In this document: positions 27,076 to 36,545 of the stretch, in pieces
How the letters are laid out: each line of letters begins with the position of its first letter
Position numbering within the stretch: position 1 is the first letter of the stretch
Origin: Elusimicrobiota bacterium
GTDB lineage: Bacteria; Elusimicrobiota; Elusimicrobia; UBA1565
DNA length: 64,000 nucleotides
NCBI GenBank assembly: GCA_041660925.1
Contig: JBAZVI010000003.1
Span: forward strand, 93,832 to 157,831
Direction: 5' to 3'
Made by a program: the position numbers and the translations under genes
Notes under the pieces: generated by a model
What the model was told of the DNA's origin: nothing
Databases searched by the model: none
Seen by the model: only the letters and a program-made list of their open reading frames with translations

Positions 27076-28706
27076 GAGACCCTCCGGTCGAGCTCGCGGC
27101 GCCGGAGCTCGCGCTTGAGGACCTTCTGCAGGGAGTTCTTCGGCATCTCGCCGAGAACCTCGATGTCGCGGGGACGCTTGTACGGGTCGAGGCGCTGGCG
27201 GCAGTGTTGGAGCAGGTCGGACTTCGTCGCCTTCGACCCCGGCCGGAGCACGACGAAGGCCTTGATCGTCTCGTCGCCCACGTCGTCGGGGATCCCCACG
27301 ACCGCGGCTTCCTGGACGCCGGGGTGCTCGAGGATCGCCGCCTCGACCTGGGCCGAGAAGACCTTCAGCCCCTTGATGATGATCATGTCTTTGATGCGGT
27401 CGCGGATGTGGAGGAAGCCGTCCGCGTCGACGATCCCCACGTCGCCGGTGCGCAGCCAGCCGTCCTCCGAGAGTACGGCGCGGGTGTCCTCCGGGCGGTT
27501 CAGATAGCCCTTCATGATGTTGTGGCCGCGGACGCAGATCTCCCCCTCTTCGCCCGGCGGGAGCTCGCAGCCCTGCCCGTCGACGATGCGGAGGCTCACC
27601 CCGTCGATGGGCGGGCCCGCGCTGCCGCGGCGGCTGCGGCCGGGCCGGTTGACGCTCACGATCGGGGAGGTCTCGGTGAGTCCGTAGCCCTCGAGGATCT
27701 CGTGGCCGACCGCGCGGAGGAAGTCCCGCGAGACGCGCTCGGGCAGCGGGGCCGCTCCGGCGACGCAGAAGCGGACCTTGCGGAACACGTACCAGCGCAG
27801 GACCCAGCGCTTGAGGCCGGTCGCCTGCTTGGCCAGCACCGCGTAGAGCTGCGGCACGGCGAAGAAGCAGGTCACCCCGTGGCGCGCCATGCGCATGAGC
27901 CAGGGCTTCGGCGGCGTGATCGAGGTGACGACGACGACCTTCGCTCCGATGCGCAGCGGGAGGACGATGCAGGCGGTCCAGGCGAAGGTGTGGAACATCG
28001 GGAGGAGGCACAGGAAGACGTCGTTCTCGCTGAGATCGAAGAACAGGATCGAGGAATCGGCGTTGGCGACCATGTTCGCGTGCGTGAGCATCACGCCCTT
28101 GGGCTCGCCGGTGGTCCCGGAGGTATAGAGCACCGCGGCGACGTCGTCGGGGGCGGCGGCGTCCTCGGCGTCCTCCCCCGCCCCGCACTTCGGACACTGG
28201 GGCGTACGCGCGTCGGCGAGGGCGGCCCAGAAGTCCCGCGTCCCTTCGCAGGGGCCTTCGGTCATCCAGACGGTCTCCAGGGCGGCCAGACCTACGCGCG
28301 CGGCGTTCACCTCGCGCAGGAAGGCGCGCTGGGTCACGATGGCGCGGGCGCCGCAGTCGGAGAGCATGTAGCGCAGCTCCGAGGACTTCTGCACCATGAA
28401 GTTGATGGGCACGGCCACGGCGCCCAGGCGCAGGAGGCCGAAGTACGCGACGACGAAGCCCAGTCCGTTGCGGTGGAGGATGGCGACCCGGTCGCCGCGG
28501 GCGATCCCGCTGGCGCGGAAGGCCTCCGCCGCGCGGAGCACGAGGCAGCGCAGCTCGTCGTAGGCGACCGCGTGCTCGGAGCCGGCGACGTCGCGTTTCC
28601 GGCAGCAGGGCGAGACGTGCTCGTGGGCCGGCCCCTCTTCGACGAGCAGCGCGATCCGCGCCGGCCAGCGCAGAGAGGCCTCGTCGAGCAGGGCGTTGAG
28701 CGTCAT
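27072..28706 (-). CDS. fadD: long-chain fatty-acid--CoA ligase (AMP-dependent synthetase)
   Basis: AMP-binding motif LYTSGTTGEPKGV. GYGLTETS, GDVG..D.DGF, KGLKVFSAQVE motifs. Start MTLNALL at 28706. Confidence 0.85.
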   Translation of the reverse strand: MTLNALLDEASLRWPARIALLVEEGPAHEHVSPCCRKRDVAGSEHAVAYDELRCLVLRAAEAFRASGIARGDRVAILHRNGLGFVVAYFGLLRLGAVAVPINFMVQKSSELRYMLSDCGARAIVTQRAFLREVNAARVGLAALETVWMTEGPCEGTRDFWAALADARTPQCPKCGAGEDAEDAAAPDDVAAVLYTSGTTGEPKGVMLTHANMVANADSSILFFDLSENDVFLCLLPMFHTFAWTACIVLPLRIGAKVVVVTSITPPKPWLMRMARHGVTCFFAVPQLYAVLAKQATGLKRWVLRWYVFRKVRFCVAGAAPLPERVSRDFLRAVGHEILEGYGLTETSPIVSVNRPGRSRRGSAGPPIDGVSLRIVDGQGCELPPGEEGEICVRGHNIMKGYLNRPEDTRAVLSEDGWLRTGDVGIVDADGFLHIRDRIKDMIIIKGLKVFSAQVEAAILEHPGVQEAAVVGIPDDVGDETIKAFVVLRPGSKATKSDLLQHCRQRLDPYKRPRDIEVLGEMPKNSLQKVLKRELRRRELDRRVS

Positions 28707-28777
28707 CGGCTCGGGAGGGTTCCTCTGCCGGGAACAGCTCGGGTCTAATCCGGCGGCGGTCACGTCGAGACCGCCGC

Positions 28778-29011
28778 CTAGATGACGGTCGTGACGAGGG
28801 TCTCGGTGGAGAGGACCCCGGGGATGGAGCGGATGTCGTTGACGACGATGCTCGAAAGGCTCGGCATGTCGTCGGTCTCCATGTCGAGAACGAGGTCCCA
28901 GCGCCCGAAGACGGCGGAGACGTGGGAGACCCCTTTGGTCTGCTTGATCTTCTGCAGGACCGATTGCTCGCGGCCGGCGGTCAGACGGACGAGGACGAGA
29001 CCTGTCACCAT
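28778..29011 (-). CDS. small Lrp/AsnC C-terminal (RAM) domain-only protein
   Basis: 77 aa. Beta-alpha-beta-beta-alpha-beta RAM-like pattern (VLVRL...VSHVSAVFGRWDLVL...TETLV). Confidence 0.65.
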   Translation of the reverse strand: MVTGLVLVRLTAGREQSVLQKIKQTKGVSHVSAVFGRWDLVLDMETDDMPSLSSIVVNDIRSIPGVLSTETLVTTVI

Positions 29012-29080
29012 GGGAGGAAACCTCGCTCGAAGAACGATGTCGTCGACGGGGAAAGTATACTAAAATCACGCCCGGCCCCC

Positions 29081-29527
29081 ATGCGCCTGGTCCTGCAGCG
29101 CGTCCTCGAGGCGTCCGTGGAGCTCCCCGGAGGGGAGCGCCGCGGCGTGGGCCCCGGCCTCCTGGTACTGGCCGGCGTCGGGCCGCGCGACGACGAGGCC
29201 TCCGCCGTCCGCATGGCCGAGAAGACGGCCAACCTGCGGATCTTCTCCGACGAGCGCGGGAAGTTCGACCGCTCCCTCCTCGACGTGCGCGGGGAGGCGC
29301 TCGTCATCAGCCAGTTCACCCTCTTCGGCGACTGCCGGCGCGGACGCCGTCCCGACTTCACCGGCGCCATGGAGCCCTTGCGCGCCGAGGCGCTCTATCG
29401 CGCCTACGCGGCCGCCCTCGCCGGACTCGGCGTCGCGGTGAAGACCGGCGAGTTCGGGGCGCACATGAAGGTCGCGCTCGTCAACGACGGACCCGTCACG
29501 ATATGGATCGATTCCGACCAGGCCTGA
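29081..29527 (+). CDS. dtd: D-aminoacyl-tRNA deacylase
   Basis: 148 aa. MRLVLQRV...SQFTLFGD...GPVT Dtd motifs. TATACT -10-like box about 25 nt upstream. Confidence 0.9.
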   Translation: MRLVLQRVLEASVELPGGERRGVGPGLLVLAGVGPRDDEASAVRMAEKTANLRIFSDERGKFDRSLLDVRGEALVISQFTLFGDCRRGRRPDFTGAMEPLRAEALYRAYAAALAGLGVAVKTGEFGAHMKVALVNDGPVTIWIDSDQA

Positions 29528-31056
29528 ACCTCCTCGGCCTGGTGCTCGCGGTCTACGCGGCTTTCTTCATCGGCTACCGCCTCTCCCGCTCCTGGGGCGC
29601 CGTCCGCCTGGACGCGGTGCGCCCCGCTTACCACCACGACGAGTTCGTCGAGCCCCGCCTGCGCACGCGCGACCCGGCGCTTCGCGCGCGCTGGCGCGCG
29701 CACGCGCCGCGCGTGCGCGTCCTCAAGGACGGCCGGCCCGTGACGACGGTCGGGGGGCTCCTCGAGCTTCCCCTGAGCTGGGACGCCTCGCGGGCCGCCT
29801 GGATCGGGCGCTGGCCCTGCCCTTGGAACGCCCCGGCCGGGCGCTACGCGCTCGAGCTCTCCGAGCCTCTCGAGGCGACCAAGGCGCTGCGCACCGGCGG
29901 CTTCGAGATCCTCCGCCGCGTCCCGCGCCCCATGCCCCGGCGGATGGCCGTCGCGACCTGGGAGAGCGCGCGGCCCCTGGCCTCCCTCAAGGTGAAGGCG
30001 CCCGACGGGACGCTCAAGGACTGGCGCGGCCTGCTCGATTGGGCGCAGTTCATGGGGGCGGACGCCTTCTGGATGCTCGGCGGTCAGACCCCCGGCCAGG
30101 GCCGGGGCGAGACCTGGGTCGCGCACAACCTCCCGCTCATCCCGGAGGTGGCGCGCGAGTGTCACCGGCGCGGGCTCAAGTTCGGCGTCTGGGCGATGTT
30201 CTCCCTGACGATGTCGTCCGAGAACCGCGTCCCCGGCTACGAGTACGCGCTCGAGATCGAGGACGGCCGCCCGAAGACGACCCGCGCGATCTCCATCCGT
30301 GACGAGCGGCGCGCGAAGGACGTGGCCCGGCTCCTGCGCGGCTTCGCCGCCATCCCCGAGGTGGATTTCGTCGGGCTCGACTACATCCGCAACGCGCTGG
30401 GCGGCTACGAGCTCGTCGACGACTTCATGGCCGAGATGCCCGAGGTCCCCCGCCCCGCGAACTGGGAGCGCATGAGCCGCGAGGAGCGCATGGCCGACTT
30501 CGCGAAGCGCAAGATCGCCCGCAAGGACATGCGGCTCGTCGACTCCTGGCAGTGGTGGCGGGCTCATCGCACCGCGCAGGCCATCCGCCTCATCCGGCGC
30601 GGCCTGCGCTCGGACAAGCCGCTGTGGGCCTTCACGCTCACCTGGGACCGCGGCCGGCATCACGGGCAGGACCCGGTGATGTTCACCGACGCGGGCGCGG
30701 ACGCCTGCGCTCTCATGATGTACGAGGCGGACCGGACGCAGTACGCTCAGATCCTCAAGGACTGGCACGCCTACGCGCGCGTCGGCGAGGTCCGCCTCAT
30801 CGTCGGGAACATCGTCGACTGGGGCCTGCATCAGCGCGCGAAGGACGGCCCCGGGGAGTTCCGACGGCGCCTGGACGCGGCCGTCGGCGGGATCTACGCC
30901 GACGGCGCCGCGGAGGGCCTGTTCGTCCACGACCTCGAGCGCGCGCTCAACGGACGGCTCGGCGCGTGGAGCACGCGCGACTGGCTCGATGCCGCCCGCG
31001 CGGCGGTCCTCCGGATGAAGGCGCTCCCCGCTTCCGGGGAGAAGGCGCGCGGATGA
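29503..31056 (+). CDS. membrane-anchored putative glycoside-hydrolase-like (TIM-barrel, GHL10/DUF4015-like) protein
   Basis: N-terminal TM helix. Large extracytoplasmic domain with conserved acidic/aromatic positions. Family assignment is tentative. Confidence 0.45.
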   Translation: MDRFRPGLNLLGLVLAVYAAFFIGYRLSRSWGAVRLDAVRPAYHHDEFVEPRLRTRDPALRARWRAHAPRVRVLKDGRPVTTVGGLLELPLSWDASRAAWIGRWPCPWNAPAGRYALELSEPLEATKALRTGGFEILRRVPRPMPRRMAVATWESARPLASLKVKAPDGTLKDWRGLLDWAQFMGADAFWMLGGQTPGQGRGETWVAHNLPLIPEVARECHRRGLKFGVWAMFSLTMSSENRVPGYEYALEIEDGRPKTTRAISIRDERRAKDVARLLRGFAAIPEVDFVGLDYIRNALGGYELVDDFMAEMPEVPRPANWERMSREERMADFAKRKIARKDMRLVDSWQWWRAHRTAQAIRLIRRGLRSDKPLWAFTLTWDRGRHHGQDPVMFTDAGADACALMMYEADRTQYAQILKDWHAYARVGEVRLIVGNIVDWGLHQRAKDGPGEFRRRLDAAVGGIYADGAAEGLFVHDLERALNGRLGAWSTRDWLDAARAAVLRMKALPASGEKARG

Positions 31057-31529
31057 GGCTCCTCCTCGGAGCGCTCTTCCTGCTCGCCGCGCCCTGCGCG
31101 GCCCAGCAGTCGGTGGATTTCGGCACCGCCTTCGGCCCCGACGCGTTCGGCGCTCGCGGAGGGGTCGAGCGCGCCACCGCCGCGCCGGTCGGACTCGCGC
31201 TCGCGCTGAGCTACGACGCGACGACTTGGCTGCGCGTCGGGATCTCGACGACCTCTCCGTCCGGCGACCTCGAACCCCTCGTCGCGCGAGGCTTCTACCG
31301 GCTCGAACTCTGCCAGCTCGTGCGCCTGGCCGAGGGCGGGGGCAAGACCCTCTCCTATCTGGCTGGTCGGCGCGAGAAGGGCGCCGCCCTGCGCGCTCTG
31401 GCCGGGGAGCTGGCCCTCGATTTCGACAAATCCTATGATGCGGCACGGGAGGACGACCGGCGCGTGCTCGAGCGTCTGCGCTCGCTCCAGTCGGTCGAAC
31501 CCCTGCCGCCGCCCGGAGGACGCCCATGA
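31053..31529 (+). CDS. hypothetical secreted protein
   Basis: Signal peptide MRLLLGALFLLAAPCAAQQ. Overlaps the upstream stop (ATGA). Confidence 0.4.
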   Translation: MRLLLGALFLLAAPCAAQQSVDFGTAFGPDAFGARGGVERATAAPVGLALALSYDATTWLRVGISTTSPSGDLEPLVARGFYRLELCQLVRLAEGGGKTLSYLAGRREKGAALRALAGELALDFDKSYDAAREDDRRVLERLRSLQSVEPLPPPGGRP

Positions 31530-32068
31530 GGACCCTGTTCGCGCTGTCCGTTCTCGTCGCGCTCGCCGCCTGTTCCGTGAAGAAGGATGAGTCGCGCGCC
31601 GGTCCCCCTCCCGGCGTCCCGCAGCCGCAGGCCCTCATCGCCCCCGTGCCGCTCTCCGCGCAGAAGATGTCTCTGCTGGCGAAGGCCAACATCGTCCTGC
31701 CCGATCGGGCGCTGCTCGTCGCCGACGTCGTGGACACGCCCGAAGCGCGGGAGACCGGCCTCATGTTCCGCGAGAAGCTCGCCCCCGACTACGGCATGCT
31801 CTTCGTCTTCCCGAAGGCGGAGCGCCTCGAGTTCTGGATGAAGAACACCTACGTCGACCTCGACATGGTCTGGCTCGACGCCGCGCGGAGGGTCGCGGTC
31901 GTGCACCGCGACGTGCCGCGCTCGGCGAAGGACACGCCGGAAGAGAAGATCGCGCGCCGCGGAGGCGAGGGCCTCTACGTGCTCGAGCTCCCCGCCGGCG
32001 CCGCGATGCGCCACAAGATCAAGGTCGGCGACGTCCTCGACTTCAAGGTCCCGGCAGCGGTGCGTTGA
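31526..32068 (+). CDS. DUF192 (COG1430) domain lipoprotein
   Basis: Lipobox ALAAC. Conserved DTPEARETGLMFR...GMLFVF...FWMKNT DUF192 core. Confidence 0.7.
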   Translation: MRTLFALSVLVALAACSVKKDESRAGPPPGVPQPQALIAPVPLSAQKMSLLAKANIVLPDRALLVADVVDTPEARETGLMFREKLAPDYGMLFVFPKAERLEFWMKNTYVDLDMVWLDAARRVAVVHRDVPRSAKDTPEEKIARRGGEGLYVLELPAGAAMRHKIKVGDVLDFKVPAAVR

Positions 32069-32137
32069 CGGCCCTCCTCCCGCACCGTCCTTCCGGCGGC
32101 TCGGGCGCCGTCGGAAGGGCGGCGCGCTGATCGGGCC

Positions 32138-32764
32138 ATGGACGTCCTCTGCGGACGGCTGCGCTCCGCGGAGCACTGGGCCGCGGCCCGCGAGCTCTGC
32201 GGCGCGCTCGCGCGCGAGGGCCGCGGCGTCGGAGACGGCGAGAAGGACTTCTTCGCGGAGTTCTGGGTCGACCCCTACCGGCTCCTGCGTCCCGGCTGGA
32301 CGTTCGCGGCGCTCGTCGACGGCCGCTTCGCCGGCTACCTCACCGGCTGTCCCGACACCCCGCGCTTCCGCCGCGAGCGGCGCTTGCGCCAGCGCCTCCC
32401 CCTCGTACTCGGCGCGCTCTCCGGCCGCTGGGGCCGCTCCGCCGCCGTGCGCTCCTTCCTGCGCCGCTCCTTCGCGCTGGAAGTCGACCCGGGGGAGCTG
32501 CCGCCCTCGGAGCGGGAGCGCATCGAGGCGCGCTATCCCGCGCACCTGCATATGAACGTGTCCCCGGCCTTCCAGCGCCGGGGCGTCGGGCGGGTCCTGC
32601 TGGGGAGGCTCTTCGAGGAGCTCGGGAGCGCCGGCGTACCGGGCGCGCACCTGATCTGCGGGGCGGGCGCGGAGGGGTTCTATGCGCGCGCGGGCTTCGA
32701 GACGCTGACCCGATGGGAGCCCGTGCCGGGCGTGACCCTGCGCGCGATGGGTCGTCCTACCTGA
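32138..32764 (+). CDS. GNAT-family N-acetyltransferase
   Basis: C-terminal HLHMNVSPAFQRRGVGRVLL acetyl-CoA binding motif. Confidence 0.6.
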   Translation: MDVLCGRLRSAEHWAAARELCGALAREGRGVGDGEKDFFAEFWVDPYRLLRPGWTFAALVDGRFAGYLTGCPDTPRFRRERRLRQRLPLVLGALSGRWGRSAAVRSFLRRSFALEVDPGELPPSERERIEARYPAHLHMNVSPAFQRRGVGRVLLGRLFEELGSAGVPGAHLICGAGAEGFYARAGFETLTRWEPVPGVTLRAMGRPT

Positions 32765-33398
32765 AGAAGTCGCGCACCATCCGTGTCAGGCCCTCGGTGG
32801 CCTTCTCCGGGATCTCCTCGCCTTCCCAGCTGATCGAGAAGTGGGCGTTCCTCTGCGTGGGCTTCACGTAGTCCTCGTACATCGGCAGCACCGTGGTCAG
32901 GATCTGGTGCTTGGAGCCCTGGATGTCGCGGCCGCGCTCCTCGATGTCGCGCTGCAGGCGGCGCAGGACGGCGGTGGCGAGGCCGGTGGAGACGAAGATG
33001 CGGTAGTGATAGAGCGGCAGGAAGTCGGCGGGGTAGAGCGCGTAGAGGCCCTCGACGATGAGCAGACGGGTGGGCTCGCAGCGGTGCGTGCGCTCTTCGC
33101 GCGCGGAGGTCTTGAAGTCGTAGATCGGCTGCTCGATCGCCTCTCCGGCGCAGAGCTGCTTGAGCTGGCGGAGAGCGAGCTTGAAATCGAGCGCGTCGGG
33201 GTGGTCGAAGTTGTAGGCCTTCTTCTCCTCGAGACTCAGGTTCTCGAGCGGCTTGTAGTAGTTGTCGAGCGAGAAGATCTGTCCGGAGATGCCGGCCTTG
33301 CGGCTCTCCTCGAGGACCCGGCGAGCGAAGGTCGTCTTTCCCGAGCCCGAGCCTCCGGCGACGGCGACGACGAAGCGCTTGCCAACGGCGGATGTCAT
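32757..33398 (-). CDS. udk: uridine kinase
   Basis: P-loop VAGGSGSGKTT. LDNYYK, FDHPDALDF, LIVEGLYAL motifs. Start MTSAVGKR at 33398. Confidence 0.8.
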   Translation of the reverse strand: MTSAVGKRFVVAVAGGSGSGKTTFARRVLEESRKAGISGQIFSLDNYYKPLENLSLEEKKAYNFDHPDALDFKLALRQLKQLCAGEAIEQPIYDFKTSAREERTHRCEPTRLLIVEGLYALYPADFLPLYHYRIFVSTGLATAVLRRLQRDIEERGRDIQGSKHQILTTVLPMYEDYVKPTQRNAHFSISWEGEEIPEKATEGLTRMVRDFFR

Positions 33399-33943
33399 GG
33401 CGTGCCTCCCGGCGCGGGATAGACGAAGAGGAATTCGGCGCTCCCGCAGCGCGAGCAGTTCCCGGAGGGCTTGCCGGCCTCGTCGAGCACGGCGTAGGAG
33501 GCCCCGGCCGCCTCCATCCACTCGAGGTTCTGGAAACTCTCGGGCATGGGCCGGCCGCAGGAAGCGCAGACCGGCACGGTGCGGTGCAGAAGGGCCGTCA
33601 TCGTCCGGCGCTCCTGGACGTCGCGGCTGCCGAGGATCTCGGCGATGAGGCGGCGCATGACGTCCTTCCCCCCCTTCACCGCGGCGCGCTTATGCGTCTC
33701 GCAGAGGGAATAGAACTCGGATGCCTTGAGGACGTCGAGCGCCTCGGCGAGCGGATAGCGCTCTCCGCCGACTTCGACGGTGCGCGGGGGCGCCCATGGC
33801 CAGCGCAGATAGAGGACGCGGCAGCCGGCTCCGGCGGCAAGGAGGGCTCCGACGGCCCACCACCAGCGCGGGGAGTGGAAGAGCGCCGCGAGCAGCGCGC
33901 AGAGGAAAGGGACGCCGAAGGCGAGGAGTCGCTCGATCATGGG
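33395..33943 (-). CDS. hypothetical membrane protein with C-terminal Cys-rich (CxxC...CxxC) zinc-ribbon-like segment
   Basis: Two hydrophobic helices. CASCG...CSRCG. Likely start MIERLL. Confidence 0.4.
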   Translation of the reverse strand, partial: PMIERLLAFGVPFLCALLAALFHSPRWWWAVGALLAAGAGCRVLYLRWPWAPPRTVEVGGERYPLAEALDVLKASEFYSLCETHKRAAVKGGKDVMRRLIAEILGSRDVQERRTMTALLHRTVPVCASCGRPMPESFQNLEWMEAAGASYAVLDEAGKPSGNCSRCGSAEFLFVYPAPGGTP

Positions 33944-35496
33944 GTCCGCACCCGCAGCAGGACCTCGAGCGCCCGGTCCTCGAGCTCCTTGAAGCGCTCG
34001 TTGACGTCGGTGCTCCGCTTCCATTCGGCCTCGGACTCTCGCTGGAGCGCGGTCCAGCCGGCGGTGCGGCGCAGGCCCTCCGCGTCGTTGGCCATGAGCG
34101 CGAAGGCGAAGGGGCGCCCTCCGGCGTCGACGCCGTAGCCGGAGACCGAATGGACGTAGTCGATCATGCCGCTCTTCCCCGCGATCCGCAGGACGGAGGA
34201 GGAGCCGACGAGCCGCCGGCGCAGGGTCCCCGACCAGCCGGCGATGGGGAGCGAGCTCTCGAGGGCGCCGTCGAGGTCGCGGCGGGCGCGCATGTAGGTG
34301 AGCAGACGGGTGAGCTGGGCGGGGCTGACGCGCGCCGCCCGGGAGAGGCCGGAGCCGTTGGGGACGACGAAGCTTCCTTCCTTCCAGCCGGCCTTGCGCA
34401 CGAGGAAGCGCGAGAGAGCCGCGAGGCCGTCCTCGCGCGTGCGGCCGCCGGTCTTCGCTGCGAGCGCGAGCACGAGATGCTCGGCCATCTGGTTGTCGCT
34501 CTCGAGGTTCATCGCGCGCAGGAGTTCCCGCAGGGGGCGGCTCGGCCGCGACAGCAGGGGCCGCGCGCCGCGCGGCGTCGTCCCGCGGGCGACGCTGCGG
34601 ACCTCGACGCCGGAGGAGCGGGCGACCCGGGCGAAGACCCGCCCGAAGTGCTCGCTGGCGCGGCGCACCGGCAGGGTGAAGCGGCCGGGCTCGAGCGGCG
34701 GATAGAGGGTGATGACGTGCAGGCCGCGGCCCTCGTCGAAGGAGACGGAGTACTGCGGCTTGTAATGGGGTTCGAAGGAGAGCGGCCGCGAGGCGATTTC
34801 GACCGCGAAGCCCTCGGGGTCGGGGGCCACGAGCGCCGCGAGGCCTTTTCCGGGCCGCTCGGCGAGCTGCAGGGTGACGCGGCTGTGATCGACGGCGAGC
34901 GCGCCGTAGGACGTGTTCGACCAGGCGGAGTCGAGGAAGTCGGGGTCGATGCGGTCGTAGACCGGGAAGTCGGAATCGTCGAGGACGACGTCGCCTCCGA
35001 ACTCCTTGAGCGCGTCCTTCCCGCGCAGGTCGCGCAGGCGCGCGAGCATCGCCTTGAAATCGGCGGCCTCGATGCTCGGGTCGGCGTGGCCCTCGACGTA
35101 GAGCTTCCCGCCCTCGAGCTTGAGCTCGGTGCGGAAGCGGAAGTCGGGGCCGAGGAGGTCGAGCGCCGCCGCGGAGAGCGGGAGCTTCATGTTCGAGGCC
35201 GGGATCATCGGGCGCTCGGGCTCGAGCTCCCAGAGGGCCTCTCCCTTCGGCAGGCTCACGGCGCTCGCGGCGAAGTCTCCGGGAGCCAGCCCGTACGCGG
35301 CGACGAGCTTGTCGAGCTCCGCGCGGGCGGCTTCCGGGGTCAGTTCCGGGGCCGTCTCGTCGGCGACGAGATGCCAGGGCCCGGACGAGGACGGAGCGCG
35401 GCGGACGGAGGAGGTCGGGGCGGAGCAGGCGGCCAGGGCGAGGAGGAGCGGAAGGATGCGCAGGCGGGGGCTCATCACTGACGGGAAGGATAGCAA
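33937..35496 (-). CDS. dacB: D-alanyl-D-alanine carboxypeptidase/endopeptidase (PBP4, S13 family)
   Basis: Lipoprotein signal. SNMK (SxxK), SDN and KSG motifs of PBP4. Confidence 0.85.
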   Translation of the reverse strand: MLSFPSVMSPRLRILPLLLALAACSAPTSSVRRAPSSSGPWHLVADETAPELTPEAARAELDKLVAAYGLAPGDFAASAVSLPKGEALWELEPERPMIPASNMKLPLSAAALDLLGPDFRFRTELKLEGGKLYVEGHADPSIEAADFKAMLARLRDLRGKDALKEFGGDVVLDDSDFPVYDRIDPDFLDSAWSNTSYGALAVDHSRVTLQLAERPGKGLAALVAPDPEGFAVEIASRPLSFEPHYKPQYSVSFDEGRGLHVITLYPPLEPGRFTLPVRRASEHFGRVFARVARSSGVEVRSVARGTTPRGARPLLSRPSRPLRELLRAMNLESDNQMAEHLVLALAAKTGGRTREDGLAALSRFLVRKAGWKEGSFVVPNGSGLSRAARVSPAQLTRLLTYMRARRDLDGALESSLPIAGWSGTLRRRLVGSSSVLRIAGKSGMIDYVHSVSGYGVDAGGRPFAFALMANDAEGLRRTAGWTALQRESEAEWKRSTDVNERFKELEDRALEVLLRVRTP

Positions 35497-35517
35497 AACG
35501 GCCGCTTCCCCGTCAGG

Positions 35518-36066
35518 TCAGGGGGAGCGGAGGAGGGCCTTGGCGCGCTCGACGCCGGAGGGACTCAGGCGGTAGCGCTTGCGCGCCTGCTTCGTCTTCC
35601 CCCCCTTGCGCAGCGAGACGACGAGGGCGCGCTCCATGAGGGAGGAGAGCGTCTTGGTCACGTTTGGGAGCCCTTCTCCGTGCCCCTTGAGGGCGCGGTT
35701 GACGGAGAAGGCGTCGAAGTCGGTCTCTCCCCGCACGACTTGATGCCAGAAGCCCGCCAGGAGGGCCCGCTCGGCGCTGCCCGATGTGCCCGCCGCCGCG
35801 AGGAGGGCTCCCGGGTCCGGGAAATCGAGGCTCTCTCTGCGGAGGTCCCCGCCGCGGGCGGCTCCTTCCAAGCGGGTCAGCCCGTGTGCTTCCGCCGCCC
35901 AGCGCAGGACCCGGCTCACGCCGTCCCGGTCGAGCTCCTTGAGCGCCTCCGTCACGGCGGCCAGGGCCCGGGCCTGCTCCGTCGGAGTCGTGTCCCGGCG
36001 CTTGCTCTCTTTGAGAGGGCTGCAAGCGCCGGGCCAGATGGGTCTTGTCTCCTTGGAATGAGTCAT
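35518..36066 (-). CDS. hypothetical protein, possibly winged-helix DNA-binding
   Basis: 182-aa ORF with balanced composition and an AT-rich upstream region. No firm domain match. Confidence 0.4.
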   Translation of the reverse strand: MTHSKETRPIWPGACSPLKESKRRDTTPTEQARALAAVTEALKELDRDGVSRVLRWAAEAHGLTRLEGAARGGDLRRESLDFPDPGALLAAAGTSGSAERALLAGFWHQVVRGETDFDAFSVNRALKGHGEGLPNVTKTLSSLMERALVVSLRKGGKTKQARKRYRLSPSGVERAKALLRSP

Positions 36067-36386
36067 ATTCGAGGAATATTATGGCTCATAAACGGCTCAT
36101 GTTGAAGCAATAAATCGGAACGCCGGACGACAGCAGAACCGGATCCCAGACGGGATGCGGGGAATGAGGTTTAAATCTTGAGTGGGTGCAGCTGCGCGCG
36201 AGCCGTGGCGATCAAAAAGAGGGCGTATTGGTTGATGGCACCCCCCCCGGCGCCAGAGGGCGGGGTGGTTACCCCACGCATCCGCCGCGCGCCTGCAGTC
36301 GTACCCATGATCGGCGGGCGTTGACATAGGCATGGTGTCGTGCAAATGCCGCCAGGAAGTCGCCGCCCTCTCCCTCCGAAGTCGAT

Positions 36387-36430
36387 AAACGAGAAGCCGC
36401 CCGCTTCGGAAAGCGGGCGGCTTCTCGTTT
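36387..36430. terminator. perfect 20-bp palindrome (AAACGAGAAGCCGCCCGCTT-cgga-AAGCGGGCGGCTTCTCGTTT); bidirectional terminator-like hairpin
   Basis: Exact inverted repeat flanked by A/T on both sides. Downstream of pccB and the conserved element on the minus strand. Confidence 0.6.
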
Positions 36431-36437
36431 GTTAGAC

Positions 36438-36543
36438 GGCGAGGGGTGGCCCAAGGAAGGCCCCGTCGCCGAGGAGCGCAATTGCCGTCGTCGTCTGAGC
36501 ACCGCAGGCGACGGGAGGTCGCCTTGGGACAGGCCCCCTCGCC
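36438..36543. ncRNA. copy B of the ~110-nt conserved structured element (see 14311-14423)
   Basis: Helices GGCGAGGGG/CCCCTCGCC, GGCCCAAGG/CCTTGGGAC, CGTCGCC/GGCGACG around the same conserved loop. Ends 3 nt before the pccB stop codon. Confidence 0.3.
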
Positions 36544-36545
36544 GT

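Noticed and set aside
29404-31764. 786-aa minus-strand ORF across dtd through the DUF192 gene
   Set aside because: Shadow ORF opposite four well-supported plus-strand genes.
36097-36345. 82-aa ORF in the long intergenic region
   Set aside because: No RBS or domain and an odd composition. The region is more likely non-coding (hairpins, conserved element).
36067-36545. Possible RNase P RNA, tmRNA, SRP RNA or 6S RNA in the 480-nt non-coding stretch
   Set aside because: None of the universally conserved motifs of these RNAs is present. The tmRNA 5' GGGG...UUCGAC, SRP GGAAG..AGCAG tetraloop region, and RNase P GGAAAGUCCGG were all checked by eye.
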